A stretch of 54,877 nucleotides of DNA from a virus (lineage: Duplodnaviria > Caudoviricetes): positions 1 to 54,877 of the IMG/VR virus record IMGVR_UViG_3300028767_000027. One strand, 5' to 3'. Every line of letters begins with the position of its first letter. The first letter of the stretch is position 1. A program made the translations under genes and the position numbers. The notes under the pieces are model-generated. The model saw only the letters and a program-made list of their open reading frames with translations. It was not told where the DNA came from and did not search any database. This document shows positions 29,321 through 39,000 of this stretch, piece by piece.

Positions 29321-30691
29321 ATGAGCATTAAAAAGATTTTCGACAAAATTGCGAATGAATCGAGTACCAATGAAAAAATGGCGATTCTATCCAGATACAA
29401 AGACAATGAACTCTTAGTAAAGGTTCTGTATGCGGCTTGCTCTAAAAGAGTTAAGTACTACATCAAACAATTACCACTTTATGAGAAATCGAGTACAACG
29501 TTTGATCTCGATTGGGCTTTAAATCAACTACCAGCTTTAAGCAATCGTGAAGTCACAGGCTATGCCGCACATCAATATTTGATGAAGATACTCACGCAAC
29601 TTCAACCAGACGATGCATACATTATTGAGCGAATCATCGACAAGGACTGTAAGATCGGCATTGGCACACGCAATATCAATAAAGTTATCCCAAACCTGAT
29701 TGAGAAAACAGGCTACATGGGCTGCAAACCTTACTCAAAGGAAGGCCTAATTAAATTATTAGCTAAAGGCGATTGTGTTAGCCAAGAGAAGATGGATGGC
29801 AGATATATGAATTGTATAATTCAGGGCGGCGAATTAGCAAATGAATCCAGACAAGGTGAACCAACTATTTTAGAAAATCCATTATTCTTTTCAGAATTAA
29901 TTAAGTTAAAGGATTGTGTTCTAAATGGTGAGCTAACAATGGGTGGGGAAATATCACGATTCGAAGCAAATGGTATTATAGCCTCACTGATAAGCATTTC
30001 AACTAAGAAGCTTGCAGGCGATGATGTTACAAAAGAGGTGGTAAAGTTTGAGCTAAAGCATATGGATTACTATGAAGCATTGAAGTTGGTAAAATACACT
30101 ACTTGGGATATTCTTACCATTGACGAATACTTCTCACGAAAATGCGTCAGACCCTACAAAGTTAGATTTGCTGAATTAGAGGAAACTTTGAAAGGATTCA
30201 AGATGATCTCAATTGTCGAAACAAGACAGATAAAAAACATTGAAGATGCTATGGATCATTTCAAAGAAATTGTGACAAGAAATGGCGAAGGAACGGTCGT
30301 AAAATCCTTAGAGGGCGTCTGGATGGATGGTAAACCAATTTGGCAGCAAAAAATAAAAAAAGAGGTAAATCTTGATCTTAGAATCACAGGTTTTAATTAC
30401 GGGACTGGTAAAAATTCAGAGCTAATTTCGAGTGTCAATGTCGAATCAGAAGACGGATTATTAAAAACCTCACCGACAGGACTTGATGAAGATGAAATGG
30501 CTTATGTTACAGTAAATCAGGATATATTGCTAAATACAATTCTTGAAGTTAAATGCTCTGGTTTATCACAAGACAATAAAGGTAATTATTCTGTGTTACA
30601 TCCAGTATATAAAATACGCCGAAGTGATAAAAATTCAGCCAATACCTTGGCTGAATGTATTGAAATTGATAAATCATGTTTATCGTTATAA
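29321..30691 (+). CDS. lig: ATP-dependent DNA ligase (T4 gp30-like)
   Basis: QEKMDGRY (motif I), NGEL, WDIL, EGTVVK, KIK, C-terminal OB-fold LHP...RSDK. Confidence 0.92.
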   Translation: MSIKKIFDKIANESSTNEKMAILSRYKDNELLVKVLYAACSKRVKYYIKQLPLYEKSSTTFDLDWALNQLPALSNREVTGYAAHQYLMKILTQLQPDDAYIIERIIDKDCKIGIGTRNINKVIPNLIEKTGYMGCKPYSKEGLIKLLAKGDCVSQEKMDGRYMNCIIQGGELANESRQGEPTILENPLFFSELIKLKDCVLNGELTMGGEISRFEANGIIASLISISTKKLAGDDVTKEVVKFELKHMDYYEALKLVKYTTWDILTIDEYFSRKCVRPYKVRFAELEETLKGFKMISIVETRQIKNIEDAMDHFKEIVTRNGEGTVVKSLEGVWMDGKPIWQQKIKKEVNLDLRITGFNYGTGKNSELISSVNVESEDGLLKTSPTGLDEDEMAYVTVNQDILLNTILEVKCSGLSQDNKGNYSVLHPVYKIRRSDKNSANTLAECIEIDKSCLSL

Positions 30692-31450
30692 CTTAAGAGC
30701 ATACCAACCGACATATTCTCCAAATCTGTTTAACACCTCCCTTTTCATATTTTTATATGCGTATATAGGCTTACCATTATTGTATGATGATTTTCTAAGA
30801 GCAATCAATGGTAAGCCTAAATTTTTACATGTAGGTTCAAAGTTACCATTGCATTCAACGACTATATTGCCAAGATTATCATAGATATTAATTCTTATTG
30901 CTGCTGGATTTTTTGATCCTGAAAATCTTTTTAACATACGTTTAGACATTTTATCACAATTTTCATTTGATAGTTTTACGCCTATACGCCCTTTTGCCGC
31001 ATTTATGTTATGCTCAGCTGACTTAGGTATGCCTTTTAAGGCTACTGAATGTTTTAGTTTTGTTGCATCACTTTGTTTAACGCCAAGTTTTGCTTGCCTC
31101 ATTTTTTCTCTCGAAGCATCTGACAGAACATATTCACTACGATAGCCTCCGCCTACAGTCATATTATATCCATTTACATATGTGCTATAATAATTAACAT
31201 AAAATATTTCACGAGCATTAGCTTCTTTTAAAGACATTATATCTTTCTCCAATATTTCCTCATTAAAGTTTTCAATACCATATTTTCTGATAGCTTGATG
31301 AAATTGATATTGCGAATTTTTTGAAACAGAATATAAATGATCATATTTTCGCAATTCCAAACCTCGGCAAGTAAGTCCTATATATGATTTGCCATTTAAT
31401 TTATTTGTAAATTTATATATTAAGTATATTTTATTTACGATTCTTTTCAT
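30686..31450 (-). CDS. GIY-YIG homing endonuclease with NUMOD3-like repeats
   Basis: LIYKFTNKLNGKSYIGLT..R...H, E, GYN; S..SREKMRQAKLG-type repeats. Confidence 0.85.
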   Translation of the reverse strand: MKRIVNKIYLIYKFTNKLNGKSYIGLTCRGLELRKYDHLYSVSKNSQYQFHQAIRKYGIENFNEEILEKDIMSLKEANAREIFYVNYYSTYVNGYNMTVGGGYRSEYVLSDASREKMRQAKLGVKQSDATKLKHSVALKGIPKSAEHNINAAKGRIGVKLSNENCDKMSKRMLKRFSGSKNPAAIRINIYDNLGNIVVECNGNFEPTCKNLGLPLIALRKSSYNNGKPIYAYKNMKREVLNRFGEYVGWYALKL

Positions 31451-31589
31451 TTGCGATTATCATTATAATTTCTTCAATAAATTTTGATTTGTTATTCGTC
31501 AATTTTTCTAAAACTATATTCGACTCTCTGGATATAGTTATGCTTAATTTTATTTTCTTATCCTGTTCGGTCAATCTTGGTCTACTCAT
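31431..31589 (-). CDS. small ribbon-helix-helix-like protein (start MSRPRL)
   Basis: KIKLSITIS beta strand followed by NKSKFIEEII helix; GTATTTAT upstream on the - strand. Confidence 0.6.
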   Translation of the reverse strand: MSRPRLTEQDKKIKLSITISRESNIVLEKLTNNKSKFIEEIIMIIANEKNRK

Positions 31590-31622
31590 ATCGTTTAATA
31601 TAAATACGCAAATATTAATTTT

Positions 31623-31642
31623 AATCGCATTTAAATGCGATT
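31623..31642. promoter_or_regulatory. perfect 20-bp palindrome between divergent promoters
   Basis: AATCGCATTTAAATGCGATT. Confidence 0.6.
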
Positions 31643-31954
31643 TTTTGTAACATTTATTATTTTTCATCGTATAATCAAGAAATAAATAAATTAATGGATA
31701 ATATATACGAATTAAAAGGGCTTACCACTTGAGCTAAAAGGATTAAAGGTGTACAACGTTTCAACTGGCGAAGGAAGCTATGTTAAAGTGGCTGTCTTAA
31801 ATAACAGTGTGGTTTCAGGCACATATAGCGTTGGCAAATTTGAAGAGACGACGATTGTTGTCAATGACATAAAAAAGGCTCTGCCAGAATTATTTACGGC
31901 AAGGAAGTTCTATTCGAAAATGATTCAATTATAATTCGAATAAAAATTAAAACA

Positions 31955-32338
31955 ATGATAACAGAAGAAGAAAAAAAAGAAATCGAAGGCTTTGATGAAG
32001 CTATGTCATATTTTTTCATTGACGCCATTGGCGGTTATATCTGGCGTACCAATCACGATATAAGTCATGGTAGATATGAAATGACTCCCGAAATAAATAC
32101 GAATCTTTCAGAAATGTCTGAAAAGCTGCAGTATTGTGTTAAGCAATTGAGTAGATTTGGCGTAGACCCAGAGTCAACAACGGATAGGGTTGACGGCGAA
32201 TACTGGAAATGGTTTCGTTATTGGGATAGCTGGAAAAATGATATGTCTGATGAAGAATGGGAAATCTTTGACAGAAAAATGTGCAACAATGAAGATTTGT
32301 CTGATTTATTGCCTAAAACCAAATGGAATGATAAATAG
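31955..32338 (+). CDS. hypothetical protein
   Basis: 127-aa ORF. Confidence 0.75.
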   Translation: MITEEEKKEIEGFDEAMSYFFIDAIGGYIWRTNHDISHGRYEMTPEINTNLSEMSEKLQYCVKQLSRFGVDPESTTDRVDGEYWKWFRYWDSWKNDMSDEEWEIFDRKMCNNEDLSDLLPKTKWNDK

Positions 32339-32407
32339 TGCCATTTATTTGTAACATTTTGAAAAGCTTAACGTATAAGCAAATATAAACAATAAAATTA
32401 TTTAACA

Positions 32408-33046
32408 ATGATTAAACGTAATGAAAGTTTCTACAAAATCGCTGACTTAGTTTATGCGGTTAAAGAAGGGTGCGACAGAAATCCAGCCGTTCGTGATATG
32501 GTTTTCACGAAAAAAAATAACAAAGGCAAAATCGTAAGGATTTCGGAATTTTTTGGTGTTGGCAGTATGGTGAATCACATCCGATTCGCTGAATTCGGAT
32601 GGATTAAATATGTCGATGCCACTCAGAAGAAAAACAAAAAAGCACTAATTCAATGGTGCGGCGGCGAAATAACAGAGGGCAATATTGAATATTTCGTTTC
32701 GAAAATCAAAACTGTTGTCGCTGAGTATAATGATGCCTCACGCAAAAATATTGCAAAAAAAGCAAATGCAGCACAGGGCGAATTGGCTTTCGATAGCGTT
32801 ATCGAAAAAGAAGTTAAGGTAGTTAAAGCTGAAATCGCTGAGCTTGATGTTGATTCTGATGAAAGTCAGGTAAACGATCAGGCGACTTACGCCGACGAAC
32901 TCAAACCAAATCGTGCTGATTTGGAACGCATTTTCATACAGTCCATCGTCGATCTGAAAAAGGCTAAAGCCAATAAATTAAAGGCTAAAGCCAATAAATT
33001 ACTTGTAGAGGCGGCAATTTTTGAATACGAGAAAGCAAAGGTTTAA
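32408..33046 (+). CDS. hypothetical protein with in-frame 21-bp tandem duplication (KAKANKL x2, 32960-33001)
   Basis: 212-aa ORF behind promoter at 32350. Confidence 0.8.
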   Translation: MIKRNESFYKIADLVYAVKEGCDRNPAVRDMVFTKKNNKGKIVRISEFFGVGSMVNHIRFAEFGWIKYVDATQKKNKKALIQWCGGEITEGNIEYFVSKIKTVVAEYNDASRKNIAKKANAAQGELAFDSVIEKEVKVVKAEIAELDVDSDESQVNDQATYADELKPNRADLERIFIQSIVDLKKAKANKLKAKANKLLVEAAIFEYEKAKV

Positions 33047-33172
33047 GCACTGATTCGCTTCTAAATAGTTAAGGTTACAGGAAATATTCGTTATTTTTTG
33101 TAACCTTTTTTCATTTATACTTGCATCAATGAATTATTATTCATATTTTTGCATAAATAAATCTAATACATA

Positions 33173-34063
33173 ATGGCTGAAAATATTATTTACGGCGTAA
33201 AGACAGGCGACAAATATCATTACATTGGAAAGACCAGTAAAAAGGTAAATGCTGATGGCGATCTAAAGAGGTCGAAAATTCAAACATTATATCATAAGGA
33301 CAGTATTCGTAAAATATTTGAAGATAATACTTTTATTGATATCGAGCCTTTATCTGTTGTCGCTGACGACGAGTGGTTTGACGAGAAGCTATCGCAAGTT
33401 GTAAAAAAATATAACGAAAAAAATCCTCTGGTAAATGCACAATGGATGCTAGACGGTAAACGTGGCTTTTGGGACGGTACGCAAGGCTATTGGGTAGGTA
33501 AGACACGTGACGCAAATACGTTGCTTAAACTGTCTGAAAGTAAGTATAAACAGGCTGTACAATACGATATTAATGGCTGTCAGATTAAAATATGGAATTC
33601 GATAAAAGAAGCCGCAACTAAAGTCTTTAAAGATTATAAAATTATTAAAGGCTCAGGCTGTTCTTTATTATATTCAATACTTTCCAGTGCAACATTGAAA
33701 ACAAGATTGCGACATGGCTCATATTGGTTTGGAAGTGACGAGTTGATAGAGTTGTTCGGCGTTATTCCAACAAAACTAAAGTTTGATTCCATACGAGAAC
33801 ATGAAAAACAGAAACGAAGGGATAATCATAAAGTCTATGAAAAAATTGTGTGTAGCATGTACACTGTGAATCAATTCAATATAAAAGGGGAGCTTATCAA
33901 TAAATTTGCTAATATTTATGAGGCGTCCTATCTATTAAATTTGTCAGTCAAGCAAATAAGAACTATATGTAGAGGCGAAAAAGTGTTTACACGTGTGTTT
34001 TTAAAATATGGCGAAAAAACTAAACAGCCAATCAACCAAGAAAAACTATGGAAAGTTTCTTAA
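33173..34063 (+). CDS. GIY-YIG-like nuclease with two NUMOD1-type domains
   Basis: IIYGV...YIGKT; VQYDING..IKIWNSIKEAA and VNQFNIKGELINKFANIYEAS; own host-type promoter TTGC(33121)/TATTTTTG(33144). Confidence 0.7.
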   Translation: MAENIIYGVKTGDKYHYIGKTSKKVNADGDLKRSKIQTLYHKDSIRKIFEDNTFIDIEPLSVVADDEWFDEKLSQVVKKYNEKNPLVNAQWMLDGKRGFWDGTQGYWVGKTRDANTLLKLSESKYKQAVQYDINGCQIKIWNSIKEAATKVFKDYKIIKGSGCSLLYSILSSATLKTRLRHGSYWFGSDELIELFGVIPTKLKFDSIREHEKQKRRDNHKVYEKIVCSMYTVNQFNIKGELINKFANIYEASYLLNLSVKQIRTICRGEKVFTRVFLKYGEKTKQPINQEKLWKVS

Positions 34064-34112
34064 ATCTGTAACCTTTTTAAACTTGGCACGTATAAGTAAT
34101 AAATTATTGATC

Positions 34113-34670
34113 ATGAAAATACGTGTTAATTTTAAAGCTATTGGTTCGATGGGTAGGATTGAACATAAGACTATCTCTTTCACATGTCCAGACTTCAAAG
34201 AGATAGTCTATGTGCATTCGGAAAGGCTTAAAGGCATTCCATTAACTGTTAATCTAAACACTACTGTAATCTGTCAGGTTGTCGATTGGCTCGACAATAT
34301 GGATAAGAGGGATATCATGGATGAAAATGATTGGTCTATAATTCTCGATTACAATATACTTGCAAGGAGAGTACAATCAAAGAAAAAAAGAGAATTGGCT
34401 CTTAGACACAACACCGCTTTTGAATTAGCACAAAGGCTAATCGTTGATAACGTACCAATGCTAAATGATTTCGAAGTGACTTATAATCGTATGGCTGATA
34501 CTATCAAAGGCATACCAATTGCAAAACAATTCGAGATAGTCTTAAAAGCTATGAACATCGGCATGGAAACTGCCTCTGTTGCTTATCGAAGGATATCTGC
34601 CATCTTGAATGACAAGAACCCTGACGATGTTACGCTAGAACCAAAGAATAAAATTATATCGAAATTGTAA
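34113..34670 (+). CDS. hypothetical protein (start corrected to MKIRVNF)
   Basis: promoter at 34067 precedes this ATG. Confidence 0.75.
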   Translation: MKIRVNFKAIGSMGRIEHKTISFTCPDFKEIVYVHSERLKGIPLTVNLNTTVICQVVDWLDNMDKRDIMDENDWSIILDYNILARRVQSKKKRELALRHNTAFELAQRLIVDNVPMLNDFEVTYNRMADTIKGIPIAKQFEIVLKAMNIGMETASVAYRRISAILNDKNPDDVTLEPKNKIISKL

Positions 34671-34711
34671 CCTTTCTTGACTTTACGCGTATAAACAATA
34701 AAATACATATC

Positions 34712-35005
34712 ATGGATAGAATCAACATTTTGAACAAGCATGGAATGCTTACGGACAAAGATCGGTTAAAGCCTTTCTCTCATAGCTGTAGCTATTTCAC
34801 ATTTGAAACTAATCTGGAATTGTCGATTCCTGTTAAGGTTACGCCTCATGGCAGACTTGACAAGTATTCAGTGGATTGGTATTCGAGAGACCTTGCTAGC
34901 TTCATTTGCTATTGGCAACACTTTGTCATGAAAGACTTAAATGACTTCTCAGGCTTTGGAAATGTTGTATTCGAATTAGTTGGTTTTGATCTTGTTAATA
35001 TTTGA
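34712..35005 (+). CDS. hypothetical protein
   Basis: 97-aa ORF behind promoter at 34666. Confidence 0.7.
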   Translation: MDRINILNKHGMLTDKDRLKPFSHSCSYFTFETNLELSIPVKVTPHGRLDKYSVDWYSRDLASFICYWQHFVMKDLNDFSGFGNVVFELVGFDLVNI

Positions 35006-35009
35006 AATT

Positions 35010-35285
35010 ATGAATACTGAGTATATAAAACATCGGAACTCGTTGTTACGATCTATCAATACGCTTAGAGGCGTGGTAATTGGTCTGTCCAAATAATCCT
35101 TTTTATCAAAAGATGAAAAACTAGCGGCTATGAAAGTTGTCGATGCTTTCGAAGAACTTCGAATAATCTATAAGAAAGATCGTAAAGAACCCATACCAAA
35201 AAAATGCGTATATGGCGATCTCTATGACGCTGACAACTAGTGTCCTAGATTAATGAACTGTCAAGATTGCGATAAATTTAGATAA
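35010..35285 (+). pseudogene. gene with two in-frame stops (TAA and TAG), Cys-containing C-terminus
   Basis: MNTEYIKH...GLSK*SFLSKDEK...DADN*CPRLMNCQDCDKFR* in one frame, filling the gap to the next promoter. Confidence 0.5.
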
Positions 35286-35333
35286 GTTGTAACATTTTTG
35301 ATTTTCATACGTATAAATAATAAATAAGATATC

Positions 35334-35498
35334 ATGGAAAAGGGTACAGATTTAGTGTCAGTCGATAATGGGGAAATATTTGAAGGCACACGAGACGAAT
35401 TTGCCAATTGTTTTTTCGATAACTCAACCAACGAGCAAATCGCCGACTGGTGTTATAGTAATGACTGGAAGCTTGTTATCAACGGTAAAACATTTTAA
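35334..35498 (+). CDS. 54-aa hypothetical protein (MEKGTDLV...)
   Basis: directly behind promoter at 35288; translated by hand. Confidence 0.65.
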   Translation: MEKGTDLVSVDNGEIFEGTRDEFANCFFDNSTNEQIADWCYSNDWKLVINGKTF

Positions 35499-35499
35499 G

Positions 35500-36048
35500 A
35501 TGGAAGCAAAAGATATAAATAATGCAAGGAAAAGTTATGATGAAGTTCTTAATGAGGTTATTGATGCAAAGTGTTGCAACATGCCACGAACAGGACTATC
35601 AGATTTTCGCAGAAAAATAGATTGTATTGATAGATCAATTGCGACAACTGCGATGGGTATTGCTGCCGAAAATGCTGAGACTATTATTAAGATCAATAAA
35701 GACCTGTCCTCTATGATTGTTGACGGATTTGATTTGCATTTCGATGCAGACTCTTTAAGCAAAATGACATGCATGGAGATACTTGCCAGAGTTAAATGGT
35801 TCTCAGAATGGTCAAAACGAGTTGTTAATTCTATGGATTTAAACCAATCAAGTCAAACTGATAAATTGCTAAACGATATCATTGGCATGGTTAAATATGA
35901 TGCCGTAAAATTGATAGAAGACGCTGGGTATACATGGCGTATTACACGTTGTGATAAAAATGATTATATCATAACGTGCGATCTCCACCTGAAAAGGTTT
36001 AACCTTGAAATTGATAATGATCTCATAACCAAAACATATTTAGGATGA
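35500..36048 (+). CDS. hypothetical protein with C-terminal I78/potato-I protease-inhibitor-like domain (start corrected to MEAKDIN)
   Basis: IGM...A...WRI.....IITCDLHLKRFNLEIDNDLITKTYLG. Confidence 0.5.
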   Translation: MEAKDINNARKSYDEVLNEVIDAKCCNMPRTGLSDFRRKIDCIDRSIATTAMGIAAENAETIIKINKDLSSMIVDGFDLHFDADSLSKMTCMEILARVKWFSEWSKRVVNSMDLNQSSQTDKLLNDIIGMVKYDAVKLIEDAGYTWRITRCDKNDYIITCDLHLKRFNLEIDNDLITKTYLG

Positions 36049-39000
36049 AAGCAACAACAGTAATTGAAGAAGCTTTGGCTTTTTGCAAGTCTGACTTGAA
36101 ATTAGCTGAAAAGAAATACTCTGGCTTATGCCAGATCGACATGCTTAGCGGCGAGGGTTCACAACTACAAGAAACAATTAATCGGCTGAAAGGTGAGATA
36201 AAGGCATACAATTGGGTGCTCACTCTAATTTAAAATATTTATGGAACAGATACACGAAGTCACTTTGACGTTTAAACTACCTCATGGCATTGCAAAGGTT
36301 TTTAAGAGGAATTTTCCAAAATTTTGCGAAAAGAATTTCGTAACATGCGAAATAACATCTGAAATCAGATGGTATTGGTATCATGATAAGATCACAATTG
36401 TTGTGACTGGCACTGCTATCAATTGTGCAACAATTGAGGACACTATTAGTAAAATGCTGCAATTTGTAATTTAGTACTATGTTTAATAATTTAAAAATAG
36501 TAACTCTTGTGCTTGGAAACGATTATATCGTTTGTGGCAATGCTCGTACAGCATTCAGGCTTATTAAAACAACGCCTAAAGGCTATAATTTACTGAATAT
36601 AAGGACTTCCAAATGTGCTTTTAAGCATCATTTATATCCTTTGAAGAATCACTCTGATGAAAAGAAACTGGCTTTTTATATGGTTGGCTATATATGGTTT
36701 GAGCCTTATTACAGTTCTTTAGGAAATATAAATCATGGCAAAGCTTTAAAAGCATTTGAGCATGAGGAAGGCAGAACGCCTGATATGAAAAATAGTAAAG
36801 AAATGTCAGTTGTTTCAACCTTAGAAGCTGGTATAAGGTATGAAAAAAATCACAGATAAATGTAACATTTATATACTTTGAACGTATAAGTAATAAAATA
36901 ATTCAATTATGAATGACAAGAATTTTTTTGAAGACCTTGACGTACAGGTAAGAATTGCTTGGTCAGCAATAACGTGACATTATGAAAAAGAAAGAAGCAA
37001 AAGCACTGCCAACTTTTCAGGAAGTTTATCTTCCTTTAGAGTATCATTACGGCAAAACGTTTTGTAACAATCACATGGCATTTGATTTTCCAATGAAGAT
37101 GCTGTATGCAAATGCGCTCATTTTAAACCCAGATCAACAACAGCAAATTGTTAAAGTTATCAACAACGTTGGCTTTATACCTACTATCAATCTGCCAACA
37201 GTTTTGACGTATCGTGATGGTATTATCTTTGCTTATGATCATGACGATAACGAGCGTGAGTTCATCATCCTACGTGGCTGGGGACACCTTACAGGAGTTG
37301 GCGGCTTAGCTCTTAAAGGCACTGATGCCGCAAAGATTCAGGATGATTTTGCTGAATATATCATTAATACCTTAACAACATATTTTAATGTTTAAGTTCA
37401 AGAATTTATTTAAGACAAAGGAATGTGATCATACCCATAATTTCAGAAGCTTGAAATACAAACTGAAAGATGGCACACCGATGTATGAGTTTGAATGCTA
37501 CGACTGTGGCTATAAAGACAAAGCTGTGTCTATGCCGATGGTCAGACATGGGACGATAAATTGGTTATCAAAAGAAACGGTGTGCAAATTAATTAAATAT
37601 CATGGTTAATATAAACGAAGTATTTACTGATTATCTCAGATATATAAAAGACACCGAAGCCACAAGAAGATTACTATCTGAAAAATTTGAGGGCGAAATG
37701 CTTATAAGTGAAGAACACACATATATCATATTTAATACGACATCAAAGACATGGCGTCCGTCATTTGATTTTGAGTGGCTATATCGTAAGACTCCAACAT
37801 TAACAACGATTGACGAATTATTTGCTGAATTTAAATAAAACACACTATGGGAATTTTTAATTTTTATCCTTGGGAAAATGGCATTAAACCAGTTTTCGTC
37901 AATGCGGAAGGCTTTGAATGGTATCTTGATAAAGATACTACAGATTGGGCGACAAAAGATACTGATAATGGCATTAAAGGACTTGTAGGCGTGGCATGTT
38001 TCCTTGTAAAAAAGGGCGACGATATTAACAGGGTTATGATAAACGATAAGCAACAAATGCTTTTAGATGATAAGAATCTTGAGCAAATGTGTGTGAAGAT
38101 TGACTTGATGAAGATCGTTAAGAATTATGAATTACATGAAAAGAAATAGATCAAATAAGTTGTAACCTTTTTCAATCTTTAACGTATAAGCTGATATGAA
38201 AACACATAAGGTATTGGATTTTACATATTCGGAAGACGAGGATCAGGGAGTGCTGGTTGGCACTGAACAGGAATGCAATGATTTTGTATCTGAACAAGAT
38301 ACGATTGGCTTAGAAATATTTCCAATGACAAGGAAAGAAATCGAGGAATATCCTGACAACATCGAAGAAAAGCTTGCTTTAAAGATTCTGCCTACAGGGT
38401 TTCCAACCTTGCAAAGGGCTGTGTTCAATGGTAAGTACCTTGAACATTTTGGAATCCATGCATCACTAGCAAGCATGTATGGTCATAATGCTGATGAAAT
38501 CGTTGAAGTCGAAATGACGGTACATGAAAATCAGACTAAGCCGCCTACAGGCGATAACAATGACATGACCAATGATTATTGGGGATGGTTTGATTATGAG
38601 AATGATCGTAATTCGTTTAGTCTGATATACGCAAAGAGATTCTTACTGGAAATGTGTTTTCCAAATATGCGTTGTTCAGAGGAACGTGGTCAAGGTAAGG
38701 CATATAGATTGAAACTAGTCGGAAACCTATATAAATAAATATTATGTCAGCAACTAACAAAGACGATTTCTCAAAGGAAGAATCCAAATTCATGTATAGC
38801 ATGCTTCATAAGAGCTTTCACGAATCTGAACGCATGCTTAAAACCATGAGCCTGACTAATGAAGAACGTGAGATCACGGAAGGAAGAAAAGAAATGGCAT
38901 TTGCCTTAATGAATAAAGTTCGATAGTATGAGAGATTTGCAAGAGATTATTAGCCAAAAGCCTGTGTTCTTAGGCGTTTTTAAAAAGAAACGTGATGTTC

